Sequence record: DRR378314_424
Length of the DNA: 22,796 nt
Strand: one strand, 5' to 3'
Position 1 is the stretch's first letter. Every line of letters starts with the position of its first letter. Below are positions 8,304-16,927 of the stretch, one piece after another. Below the pieces are notes generated by a model, which was not told the origin of the DNA, ran no database searches, and saw nothing but the letters and a program-made list of their open reading frames with translations. Both the position numbers and the translations under genes were made by a program.

Positions 8304-9035
8304 TCAGCCTGCGGCAGATCTCTTGGCGTTCTTCATGTTGATCAAACGGTTCACATTGCTCAGCGATGCGAGCACCAGATATGCCGCGCGCAGAAAGCCA
8401 CCCTTGTGCAGCCGCTCCAGCATCCCGCCCTCCAGCGCGGCGAGACGCTCTTCGCTCAGCGTGAACAGATCCGGCACCTTGTATTCAGTATGGTCGTCGA
8501 GCTTCAGGTCCAGCGAGACTGGCTCTATCAGACCCGCCTGATCAAATGCCTCGAACATCGGTTTGGTCATTTCGTCCCCGATGGCAATCACGCGCAGGAC
8601 CTGGCTGACATGTTGCAGATACGGCGCATTGCCGCCCTGTGCCAGAAAAAGCGGCTCGCCCTCCGTCTTGCTGACACGCGGATTATCCAGATCGATATGG
8701 ATCACCGGCTCGCGGCGAACTTCCCCATCGACATTCTGGTCCTGAAAGCCGATCAGAAACGGGCCGCGCTGCAGCAGTGCCGGAACATAATTCGCATTCC
8801 AGCCGTCGCCGGCCAGAAACAAATTTTCGCCCCTGTCGAGCCCCATGAGGACGACACAGAAATAATTGCCGGCTTCATCCTTGCGGAAAAAGATGGGGTA
8901 GTCGCGCTGAAGCTCTGAAAACTCGGTGGGGTACACCGCCACCTGATTCACGCTGTCGCCAAACTCGGCGCCGCGGCGCGTGATGATCTTCAGATCCGCA
9001 TGATCGATATTGTTGAGAAGTGCCGTATTGGCCAT
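8304..9035 (-). CDS. SapC family protein
   Basis: LLNNIDHADL, EF..LQRDYPIFF, GLDRGENLFL, W.ANYVPA..QRGPFLIG and G.L.AAYL.LASL.N motifs; typical position between a TonB receptor and cupin/halogenase genes. Confidence 0.88.
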   Translation of the reverse strand: MANTALLNNIDHADLKIITRRGAEFGDSVNQVAVYPTEFSELQRDYPIFFRKDEAGNYFCVVLMGLDRGENLFLAGDGWNANYVPALLQRGPFLIGFQDQNVDGEVRREPVIHIDLDNPRVSKTEGEPLFLAQGGNAPYLQHVSQVLRVIAIGDEMTKPMFEAFDQAGLIEPVSLDLKLDDHTEYKVPDLFTLSEERLAALEGGMLERLHKGGFLRAAYLVLASLSNVNRLINMKNAKRSAAG

Positions 9036-9137
9036 GACCCGCCCTTGAATGCTGCGTGCAGTAAGCGCCCTCGCTTGCTTCGGGCCCGCACTTTTCCTGC
9101 ATGATGAAACAATCCCCTGCCCCGGACAAGCGGGGGC

Positions 9138-9166
9138 AAAAAAGGCCGCTGCAAGCAGCGGCCTTT
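9138..9166 (-). terminator. Rho-independent terminator after the TonB-dependent receptor gene
   Basis: Minus strand reads AAAGGCCGCTGC-TT-GCAGCGGCC-TTTTTT, 36 nt after the stop codon. Confidence 0.88.
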
Positions 9167-9202
9167 CCTGAAGGTTTCACGTCTTGTTCAAATCGCTTCC
9201 GA

Positions 9203-12200
9203 TTAGAACTTGTAGCGCACGCCGAGCTGGTAGCGCGGTGACAGCTCGTAGACATAGTAGACCTGTTCCGGCACGCGGTGATAAATCCGCTGGTCTTCGC
9301 CGGTCAGGTTGATGCCTTCGAAGGACACAGCCAGCTGCTCATTGATGTCGTAGCTGATGTTCAGGTCATACTGCCCGAAGTCTTCAACATAGATACCGGA
9401 CCGATCACCACCGGCATTCGATTCGTTCAGGAACGTATCGCGCCAATTATAGGCCAGACGAGCGGAGAAGCCGTACTTCTCGTAGATCGCCGTAAGGTTT
9501 GCCGTGTCGGACAGACCCAGCAGAGCGAACTGCTCTTCGTACGGGTTGGAGCCTGGGTCCAGTCCAACATCACCGTTGACCATGGTGTAATTGGCCTGGA
9601 AACCGAAGCCGGTTTCACCGAAGAAGTGCTGCCAGGCGATCTCGATACCGTCGATATTGCCTTCATTGTTGTTGATGAGCTGCGAGATCGCGAAGACCAG
9701 TTCAGGATCATTCGCATCAGACACAACGTCATAGGCACCGAGGATACGGTCAACTTCGCTTTGCGGAAGCGCACCGCCAACCAGGAGCCCTTCGAACTCG
9801 GTACGAGCGGCAGCAACGTCACCACCATTCGCGTCGATCAGGGCAACCAGCGAGAACAGGTTTGCTTCGGATTGGTCGATGCCAAGATCCGCGATGATGT
9901 CGAGAGCATCGCCGGAGCGCGTACCTGCTTCACCGGAGGCCGGGTCGCGAAGGTCGAACAGGTTTCCGTCATAGGACGAGTTACCAATGAAGTTCTTCAC
10001 CTTCTTGTCGAAGTAACCAACCGACAGATAGCTCGCATCATCATAGTACCATTCGAGCGAGATATCGAAGTTGTTGGACTCCAGCGGTGCCAATTCCGGG
10101 TTGTTCAGCTTCGCTGTAACCTGACCACCAAGTGCGGATGGACGGTTTGGCGCGTTCACTTCAGTGGATGCGAACAGATTGGTGTAGGCTGTCCGGCCAA
10201 TGGTTGTGCTGAACGACGTCCGTGCAACGATATTGTCCGTCACGTCGACCTGGAAGTCGAAGTTCGGGAGCAAGTGATCGTAGGACCCGGATCCGCTGAG
10301 GCTGCTTGAATCGCTGGTCAGGATCTGGAAGTCGTTGTCCGCTGTCCAGAGCACGTCGACTGGACGCGACTGGTCTGCCACGGATTCAACTTCGGTTTCC
10401 TCATAGCGGATACCCGCATTCACACGTGCCGGACGGCCGAAGAATTCGCTCTCCATCTGGAACTGTGCGTAGAGGGATTTGATTTCCTCTGTGACCGTGT
10501 CGAGCGACTCGGTGGTGGAAAGAGTTCCACCCGGATAGGCAGCCGCCAGAAGCGGGAACAGTTTCGCTGCATCGCCTTTGAACGCGATATCGCCCTGACC
10601 AACTTTCACGTCATCGAAGACGCAGGAAAGGCAGTACTGCTCCATGACGCCTGGGGCAAATTGCTCAACGTCACCCGGGTTCGAAATACCCCAGGAACCA
10701 AGGTCCTGCTGGGTCGTGAAGGTCCAGCGATCCATCGTGGTGTCGCGATAGTTACCACCAACTGTCAGGCTGCTGTTGTCGAACTCCCAGACATAGCGCA
10801 GGTCAATTTCGTCGACCTCGTGCTGCATGTTTGCGGAGTTGCTCCGCTGAACCTGCGTACCCAGATCACCTACGTCCAGAACGCCATTGCCATTTCCGCG
10901 CACGGAGTCGTCAATTGTGTAGGACTGGATTGGCGAACCGCTACGGTAATCAACAGAGTGCTGAAGGATAACAGGTGCACCCATCGACACGAAGGTCGTC
11001 GCGTGACCCAGCGGGTTGTTGCCACCGGATTCGGACTTCGAGCTGTGCGCGTCGAAGATCAGCGTGCCACGATCAGAGAGTTCCCACTCAGCATTGAAGC
11101 CGAAGGAGTTCAGCTCGTCCTTGACCGCACGATTGGTTTGCTCAAAGCCGATGTCCTTGGAACCATTGTTGTTTTCCTGAAGGAACACAGCGCTGGCAAC
11201 CGGGCCATCATTGTCGAAAATGATCTGATCGAACGGCGTGGCGAACCAGTTTGTCTGCTCGTAACGAAGCTCTTCTGCTTCCGTTTTCGCAAAGGTGTAA
11301 TCACCCGTCAGTGTCAGATTGTCGATCGGACGGAATTGCAGGACCAGTTGGCCGTTGATCCGCTCACGGGAAATTTCCGAGAGGTCGTAGCGGCTGTCCT
11401 GAGGAATGGCGTAGAGCTGGCCATCCTTTGGCGCGTTGGTGATCTGCGTGGATCCGTCACCGCGGACATAGCCGGAATCTTCAAACGCTCCATCGACTTC
11501 CGGATCGAAGACCAGCCAGTCATTGATCTGTTGGGAAGGTGCCGCGGAATCGCGCTTGGAGTAAGAACCAAAGACGCCGATACCAAACCGATCAGAATCG
11601 TCGGTCCAGCTTGCGAGGCCGGAAAGCTCTGGCGTGAAATCATCACCAGATTCAACACTCGTATCGTTGATTGCCTTGGCCGAGAAAGAAGCGTTCAGAC
11701 CTGGATCGTCAAATGGCGTCCGTGTCTTGATGTTGACGGTCGCGCCGAGGCCACCTGATGGCAGAACGGCCTGACCCGTCTTGTAGACTTCCAGTCCGTT
11801 GACGCCTTCGGAGGCGAGGTTCGAGAAGTCGAACGCGCGATCACCACCGGAGCCATAGTTGCCGCGCGCACCGATCGCGCGAACCTTGGCGGTTGGCATG
11901 GTGCGGCCGTTCAGGGTGACCAGGTTGAAGCCTGGGCCGAAACCACGAACGGTGATCTCAGACCCTTCACCGTTTACGCGGTTGATGGACACGCCGGTGA
12001 TGCGCTGAAGCGATTCAGCCAGGTTCGTGTCCGGGAATTTGCCGATGTCTTCGGCAGAAATGGCGTCAACGACACCATTGGAGTCGCGCTTGATATCCAT
12101 GGCGCGCTCGAGCGATCCGCGGATCCCCTGCACGACCACAACATCTTGCGTAAGGGTCTCTTCAGCCGCCTCTTGGGCGTGCGCTGCCATTGGCATGGCC

Positions 12201-12295
12201 GACAGAAGAGACACCGCGGACGCGCCGCACAGCAGCGTACCCCATTTTACTTTCCGTGCAGAAGCTGCACGGAGCTTGTCCGTGGAAACAGTCAT
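9203..12295 (-). CDS. TonB-dependent outer membrane receptor
   Basis: Signal peptide ending AHA-Q, TonB box DVVVVQGIR, plug motif DAISAEDIGKFPDTNLAESLQRITGVSI, C-terminal YQLGVRYKF (terminal Phe); SD GGGAGGA. Confidence 0.96.
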   Translation of the reverse strand: MTVSTDKLRAASARKVKWGTLLCGASAVSLLSAMPMAAHAQEAAEETLTQDVVVVQGIRGSLERAMDIKRDSNGVVDAISAEDIGKFPDTNLAESLQRITGVSINRVNGEGSEITVRGFGPGFNLVTLNGRTMPTAKVRAIGARGNYGSGGDRAFDFSNLASEGVNGLEVYKTGQAVLPSGGLGATVNIKTRTPFDDPGLNASFSAKAINDTSVESGDDFTPELSGLASWTDDSDRFGIGVFGSYSKRDSAAPSQQINDWLVFDPEVDGAFEDSGYVRGDGSTQITNAPKDGQLYAIPQDSRYDLSEISRERINGQLVLQFRPIDNLTLTGDYTFAKTEAEELRYEQTNWFATPFDQIIFDNDGPVASAVFLQENNNGSKDIGFEQTNRAVKDELNSFGFNAEWELSDRGTLIFDAHSSKSESGGNNPLGHATTFVSMGAPVILQHSVDYRSGSPIQSYTIDDSVRGNGNGVLDVGDLGTQVQRSNSANMQHEVDEIDLRYVWEFDNSSLTVGGNYRDTTMDRWTFTTQQDLGSWGISNPGDVEQFAPGVMEQYCLSCVFDDVKVGQGDIAFKGDAAKLFPLLAAAYPGGTLSTTESLDTVTEEIKSLYAQFQMESEFFGRPARVNAGIRYEETEVESVADQSRPVDVLWTADNDFQILTSDSSSLSGSGSYDHLLPNFDFQVDVTDNIVARTSFSTTIGRTAYTNLFASTEVNAPNRPSALGGQVTAKLNNPELAPLESNNFDISLEWYYDDASYLSVGYFDKKVKNFIGNSSYDGNLFDLRDPASGEAGTRSGDALDIIADLGIDQSEANLFSLVALIDANGGDVAAARTEFEGLLVGGALPQSEVDRILGAYDVVSDANDPELVFAISQLINNNEGNIDGIEIAWQHFFGETGFGFQANYTMVNGDVGLDPGSNPYEEQFALLGLSDTANLTAIYEKYGFSARLAYNWRDTFLNESNAGGDRSGIYVEDFGQYDLNISYDINEQLAVSFEGINLTGEDQRIYHRVPEQVYYVYELSPRYQLGVRYKF

Positions 12296-12410
12296 TACAA
12301 TCCTCCCTGAGACAGGCGACTCAAAATCAGGTGCCAGTCTTCAATGCTTGTCTCGGCCAGGCAGAATACGACGGCATTCCGGCCTACCCGCGAGCCAATC
12401 CATCACCAAA

Positions 12411-12424
12411 TGTTTGCGCTATCA
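12411..12424. promoter_or_regulatory. Putative LacI-family operator
   Basis: TGTTTGCGCTATCA, an imperfect palindrome with central CG, about 115 bp upstream of the receptor start; close to the TGTTAGCGCTA(A/C)CA type of LacI operator. Confidence 0.6.
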
Positions 12425-12474
12425 AGTGGGCATCATTGAAAAAACGTAATTTTTAAATTGACCCATTTGCGCAA

Positions 12475-12488
12475 TGAAACCGTTTTCA
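12475..12488. promoter_or_regulatory. Second putative LacI-family operator
   Basis: TGAAACCGTTTTCA (6 of 7 pairs, central CG). Related copies: TGAAAACTTTTCA at 12563-12575 and TGGAAACGTCTCA at 12640-12652. Confidence 0.55.
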
Positions 12489-12797
12489 CCCTGATTTTTA
12501 CTCGATTTTACCTGTGTTTATCGGGACTTGGAGCAATTCGGCGCGCAGAAACCTGTGAGCTTTGAAAACTTTTCACAAACCGCAATTTGAAAAAATAATG
12601 ACAAGGTTGGCATTTTCGCCACACTTTCTCGGCGCGAAGTGGAAACGTCTCACCAGAATCGCAGACCGAATTCCGCATTCCGTCGCCGTCGAATGCACCG
12701 GATTCCAGTTTGCAGGCCCGGTCAAATCGAATGCCCGCTCAATCGACACACGAGCCGGTTCTTTGCGATCAGTCGCCTTCAGGAACGTAGGGGGAAA

Positions 12798-12873
12798 TGG
12801 TGGGCGGTAACGGGCTCGAACCGCTGACCCTCTCGGTGTAAACGAGATGCTCTACCAACTGAGCTAACCGCCC
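12798..12873 (-). tRNA. tRNA-Val (anticodon TAC)
   Basis: Reverse complement is GGGCGGTTAGCTCAGTTGGTAGAGCATCTCGTTTACACCGAGAGGGTCAGCGGTTCGAGCCCGTTACCGCCCACCA: 76 nt, cloverleaf, anticodon loop TT-TAC-AC, GTTCGA T-loop, encoded CCA. Confidence 0.98.
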
Positions 12874-12901
12874 CAATCCCGCTCCAATGCACGGGCTTGA
12901 G

Positions 12902-12941
12902 AAAAAAAGCAAGACGGCCATTCAGTGTTTGAACGGCCGCC
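12902..12941 (-). terminator. Probable Rho-independent terminator of lon
   Basis: Minus strand reads GGCGGCCGTTCA-AACAC-TGAATGGCCGTC-TTGCTTTTTTT, 22 nt after the lon stop. Confidence 0.7.
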
Positions 12942-12963
12942 TGCAATTTGTGGGATACTTGCC

Positions 12964-15381
12964 TTAGTGCGGACGCGCCGGATCGGTCGCCTGACCGCCA
13001 CTCTGGCCAGCCAAGGAAGCCTGCAGGGCCGCCTCATCCGCTTCCGACCATTCAATCGGCGACAGCGGACGTGTCAGGGCAATCTCCAGCACTTCATTGA
13101 TGTCCGACACGGGCACGATTTTCAGGCCGGTCTTCACATTCTCCGGAATGTCTTCGAGATCTTTCTCGTTCTCTTCCGGGATCAGCACCGTCTTGATGCC
13201 ACCGCGAAGCGCTGCAAGCAGCTTCTCCTTCAGGCCGCCAATCGGCAGAACGCGTCCGCGCAGGGACACTTCGCCGGTCATGGCAACTTCCCGGTCCACA
13301 GGATTTCCGGTGAGCAAGGAGACGATGGCCGTGGTCATGGCGATACCGGCGGATGGACCATCCTTTGGCGTTGCGCCATCCGGCACGTGGACGTGGATGT
13401 CCGTCGTATTGAACACGGTCGGCTTGATACCGAGCATCACAGAGCGTGAGCGCACGAGCGAACTGGCCGCCTGGATCGACTCTTTCATGACGTCGCGGAG
13501 GTTACCCGTGACCTTCATGTTGCCGCGTCCCGGCATCTTCACCGCCTCAATGGTGAGCAGGTCGCCGCCGGTTTCTGTCCAGGCAAGGCCCGTGACAGCG
13601 CCCAGCTGATCCGTCTCGTCGGCAAGGCCATAACGGAATTTCCGCACGCCAGCGAATTCGGCGAGATTGTCAGACGTGACCCTGAGGGTTTCGCCTTCCT
13701 TGTCCGCCAGGTTCCGAACGGCTTTGCGAGCCAGACGCGCGATTTCCCGCTTCAGGCTGCGCACACCGGCCTCTCGCGTGTAGTAGCGAACGAGGTCGCG
13801 AATTGCCGCCTCTTCAACCACCCACTCCCCTTCCTTCAGGCCGTGATCTTCACGAACCTGCGGGATGAGGTGACGCTTGGTGATCTCCACCTTTTCGTCT
13901 TCCGTGTAGCCGGCGATGCGGATGATCTCCATCCGGTCCAGAAGCGGCTGAGGCATGTTGAGCGAGTTCGCCGTCGTCACGAACATCACGTCTGAAAGGT
14001 CGTAATCGACTTCCAGATAATGGTCGTTGAACGTGGAGTTCTGCTCAGGGTCCAGCACTTCCAGCAGGGCAGATGCCGGATCACCGCGATGGTCCATGCC
14101 CATCTTGTCGATCTCGTCCAGCAGGAAGAGCGGATTGCCCGTCTTCGTCTTCTTCAGAGACTGGATGATCCGTCCCGGCATAGAGCCGATATAGGTCCGG
14201 CGGTGACCGCGAATCTCGCTTTCATCCCGCACGCCGCCAAGCGACACACGCACGAAGTCGCGCCCAGTCGCTTCCGCGATGGAGCGGCCGAGCGAGGTCT
14301 TGCCAACACCGGGAGGGCCGACGAGGCAAAGGATCGGACCCTTCATCTTGCCAGTACGCTTTTGCACGGCGAGATATTCCAGGATCCGCTCTTTCACCTT
14401 GTCGAGACCATAATGGTCATCATCGAGCTGTTGCTCGGCCTTGCCCAGATTGGTCTGGATATCCTTGCGCGTGCCCCAAGGCAGGGCGAGGAGCCATTCG
14501 AGATAGTTCCGCACGACCGTGGATTCCGCCGACATTGGCGACATCTGGCGCAGCTTCTTGATCTCGGCTTCAGCCTTGGTGCGAGCCTCTTCAGACAGGG
14601 GTGCGTCGGCAATCTTCTGGTCGAGTTCGGCCAGCTCATCGCGCTCGCCGCCGTCTCCGCCTTGCTCACCCAGCTCGCGCTGGATCGCCTTCATCTGCTC
14701 ATTCAGGTAATACTCGCGCTGGGTCTTCTCCATCTGCCGCTTCACGCGGTTTTTGATCTTCCGCTCCATTTGCAGCATGCCCATTTCGCCTTCCATGAGG
14801 GCGAAGACCTTCTCAAGACGATCTTTCGCCTCTGGAAGTTCAAGCAATTCCTGCTTCTCGGAGAGTTTGACAGACAAGTTTGACGCAACCGCATCAGCAA
14901 GACGTCCCGGCTCTGTCAGAGCAGCAATCGTGGTGACAGATTCCGGCGGGATCTTGCGGTTCAGTTTGACGTAATTCTCAAACTGTTCCTGCACCGCACG
15001 CATCAGCGCCTGCACGTCGCCATCGGCGCCGTCAGCTTCTTCCAGCGTTTCAATCTCGGCTTCGAAATACTCGCCACGATCAAACAATTGATTCAGGCGC
15101 GCACGAGTCTTGCCCTCAACGAGCACTTTCACTGTGCCGTCGGGCAATTTCAGCAATTGCAGAATCGTCGCGATCGTTCCGACCGAATGCACGTCATCGG
15201 CGCCCGGATCGTCAATCGCAGCATCTCGCTGGGCAACCAGCATGATTTCATTGTCGGCCTCTTCGATCATTTCGAGAGCCCGAACAGACTTGTCTCGCCC
15301 CACAAAGAGGGGGGCGACCATGTCTGGGAACACGACGATGTCCCGAAGCGGCAACACCGGAAGGTTTTTTATGCTTGGCAT
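12964..15381 (-). CDS. lon: ATP-dependent protease La (Lon)
   Basis: LPVLPLRDIVVFP N-domain, Walker A GPPGVGKT, Walker B LLDEIDK, HRRTYIG, catalytic PKDGPSAG and GGLKEK. ATG at 15381 follows a GAAGGAGG SD (track start 15402 includes the SD). Confidence 0.98.
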   Translation of the reverse strand: MPSIKNLPVLPLRDIVVFPDMVAPLFVGRDKSVRALEMIEEADNEIMLVAQRDAAIDDPGADDVHSVGTIATILQLLKLPDGTVKVLVEGKTRARLNQLFDRGEYFEAEIETLEEADGADGDVQALMRAVQEQFENYVKLNRKIPPESVTTIAALTEPGRLADAVASNLSVKLSEKQELLELPEAKDRLEKVFALMEGEMGMLQMERKIKNRVKRQMEKTQREYYLNEQMKAIQRELGEQGGDGGERDELAELDQKIADAPLSEEARTKAEAEIKKLRQMSPMSAESTVVRNYLEWLLALPWGTRKDIQTNLGKAEQQLDDDHYGLDKVKERILEYLAVQKRTGKMKGPILCLVGPPGVGKTSLGRSIAEATGRDFVRVSLGGVRDESEIRGHRRTYIGSMPGRIIQSLKKTKTGNPLFLLDEIDKMGMDHRGDPASALLEVLDPEQNSTFNDHYLEVDYDLSDVMFVTTANSLNMPQPLLDRMEIIRIAGYTEDEKVEITKRHLIPQVREDHGLKEGEWVVEEAAIRDLVRYYTREAGVRSLKREIARLARKAVRNLADKEGETLRVTSDNLAEFAGVRKFRYGLADETDQLGAVTGLAWTETGGDLLTIEAVKMPGRGNMKVTGNLRDVMKESIQAASSLVRSRSVMLGIKPTVFNTTDIHVHVPDGATPKDGPSAGIAMTTAIVSLLTGNPVDREVAMTGEVSLRGRVLPIGGLKEKLLAALRGGIKTVLIPEENEKDLEDIPENVKTGLKIVPVSDINEVLEIALTRPLSPIEWSEADEAALQASLAGQSGGQATDPARPH

Positions 15382-15473
15382 ATACAATGCCTCCTTCTTC
15401 AAATTGAGCCCCGGCTGGCGGCAGCTCGAATAAACCCTCTCATACCATGATGGCAGGAGTCGGGCATTGTACC

Positions 15474-15504
15474 AGATGTGGCGTTCGCGCCCTTGGGGTT
15501 CAAG
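15474..15504 (-). promoter_or_regulatory. Putative sigma32 (RpoH) promoter of lon
   Basis: Minus strand CTTGAA-N17-CCACATCT, about 92 nt upstream of the ATG; fits the alphaproteobacterial RpoH consensus, and lon is an established heat-shock gene. Confidence 0.72.
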
Positions 15505-15551
15505 CGTCGCAATGCGCAGGAAACCCTCTCAATTGTGGAAAGCCTGTGCAA

Positions 15552-16874
15552 TCAGGGGGTTGCAGCCTTTCGGGCGGATTCCGTGCGCTTTTCATTCTTC
15601 TGATTTGCCAGGAAGGCCGCTAGCAGACCGAGCTTCGGATTGGGCGCATCTCCCGCACCGAGTCGACGCAATTGTTCATAGTACCAGCCAATTGCGCCAA
15701 ACCCGTTCAACATCTTGATGAACTTGATGGGAGATGTTGGCGAAAGAATTCCCGGCCCAAGGCGCAGCTGGTTTTCCCAACGATCTGTCTCGCTGATCTC
15801 TCCCGACAGCAGTTTTCTCGGCGTATCCGTATCTACGCATAGCGGACGACCGATCCCGATCAGGTCCGCCTCCCCTTCTGCAAGCGCAGAATTCATCGCC
15901 TCTGTCGTGCGGAATCCGCCCGTCACCATCAGCGGTAACCGGCTGCGCTCCTGAACAGCTTTCGCATACTTCAGAAAGTAGGCTTCGCGCTGTCGCGTCG
16001 ATTCGCTGATGCCTTGTTCGAAAACCGGCTCCAGTCCTTCAGTATCCATCATGCGCGGCTGCTCGTAATTACCCCCCGAAATCTCGACGAAATCCACGCC
16101 CAGCTCGTTCAGAATGTCGATCACGGCCAGGCAGTCTTCAAAACTGAAGCCACCTTTCTGGAAATCGGCTGAGTTCAGCTTCACCGAGACCGAGAAGCCG
16201 GGTCCGCCGACGATTCGCGCTTCTTCCACGCATTGCACGAGCAATCGCGCCCGGTTCTCCAGGGGGCCGCCATATTCGTCCTGTCTCTGGTTTGCGAGGG
16301 GCGACAGGAAGGAAGAGAGCAGATAGCCATGCGCCGCGTGAACCTGGATGCCATCAAAGCCAGTCTTCTTCGCCACATTGGCCGCATTGCCGAAACCCTC
16401 AATGACGCCGCGAATCTCTTCGCTCGTCATGGCTCGCGGCTGGCCGAACTGGCCGCCAGGCAGGCCGAACTGGCCGCCAGGCAGGCCAAGGGGCACCGGG
16501 CTCGGCGCTGCCGGACGCGGATTGATCAGTTTCGGAGTCTGGCGGCCAGCATGACTGACCTGCATGATCATCGCTGCACCGTGGGATTTGCCCGCCTCGG
16601 CCCAACGGGAAAACATATCCATCTCTTCATTTGACGGCTTGCCATCAATGACCACATTCCCGGCACGTTCGAGATGATTGCGGTCAATCTGGACGTTTCC
16701 GGTGATCATTCCGCCTATCCGACCTTCCGCCCAGCGGCGATACAATGTCAGATGAGCTTCAGTTACCCGGTTGCGAGGATCTGCGAGTCCCTCTGTCATG
16801 GCCGCTTTCACAAGCCGATTGGGGAATGTAAGCCCACTCTCCAAGGTTAACGCGGTATTAATCGAGGCCGTCAT
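15552..16874 (-). CDS. NADH:flavin oxidoreductase / old yellow enzyme family protein
   Basis: PNRLVKAAMTE, QVSHAGRQ, GFDGIQVHAAHGYLLSSFLSP, RQDEYGG..ENRAR, VKLNSADF, VTGGFR and GIGRP motifs. ATG 16874 follows GGGAG; the track's extension to 17138 overlaps parE. Confidence 0.93.
   Translation of the reverse strand: MTASINTALTLESGLTFPNRLVKAAMTEGLADPRNRVTEAHLTLYRRWAEGRIGGMITGNVQIDRNHLERAGNVVIDGKPSNEEMDMFSRWAEAGKSHGAAMIMQVSHAGRQTPKLINPRPAAPSPVPLGLPGGQFGLPGGQFGQPRAMTSEEIRGVIEGFGNAANVAKKTGFDGIQVHAAHGYLLSSFLSPLANQRQDEYGGPLENRARLLVQCVEEARIVGGPGFSVSVKLNSADFQKGGFSFEDCLAVIDILNELGVDFVEISGGNYEQPRMMDTEGLEPVFEQGISESTRQREAYFLKYAKAVQERSRLPLMVTGGFRTTEAMNSALAEGEADLIGIGRPLCVDTDTPRKLLSGEISETDRWENQLRLGPGILSPTSPIKFIKMLNGFGAIGWYYEQLRRLGAGDAPNPKLGLLAAFLANQKNEKRTESARKAATP
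16442..16487. repeat. Perfect 21-bp tandem duplication, in frame, within the OYE gene
   Basis: GGCCGAACTGGCCGCCAGGCA twice plus GGCC; the protein reads GLPGGQF-GLPGGQF-G. Confidence 0.95.
16846..16861 (-). promoter_or_regulatory. Consensus CtrA binding box upstream of parE
   Basis: GTTAACGCGGTATTAA equals TTAA-N7-TTAAC on the minus strand, 67-82 bp upstream of the parE ATG; a GANTC (CcrM) site lies at 16899-16903. Confidence 0.65.
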
Positions 16875-16927
16875 TGTATGTGCTCCCATATCGACTTTGA
16901 GTCGCCCGCCCTTATCGGAGACATCAT

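Noticed and set aside
9278-11758. Plus-strand ORFs of 343 and 365 aa
   Set aside because: Antisense shadows of the strongly codon-biased TonB receptor gene.
12798-12873. Prophage or integrative element at tRNA-Val
   Set aside because: No integrase, phage genes or duplicated tRNA 3' end seen in the window.
16442-16487. CRISPR-like repeat
   Set aside because: Only two directly adjacent copies with no spacer, in frame within a gene; no cas genes.
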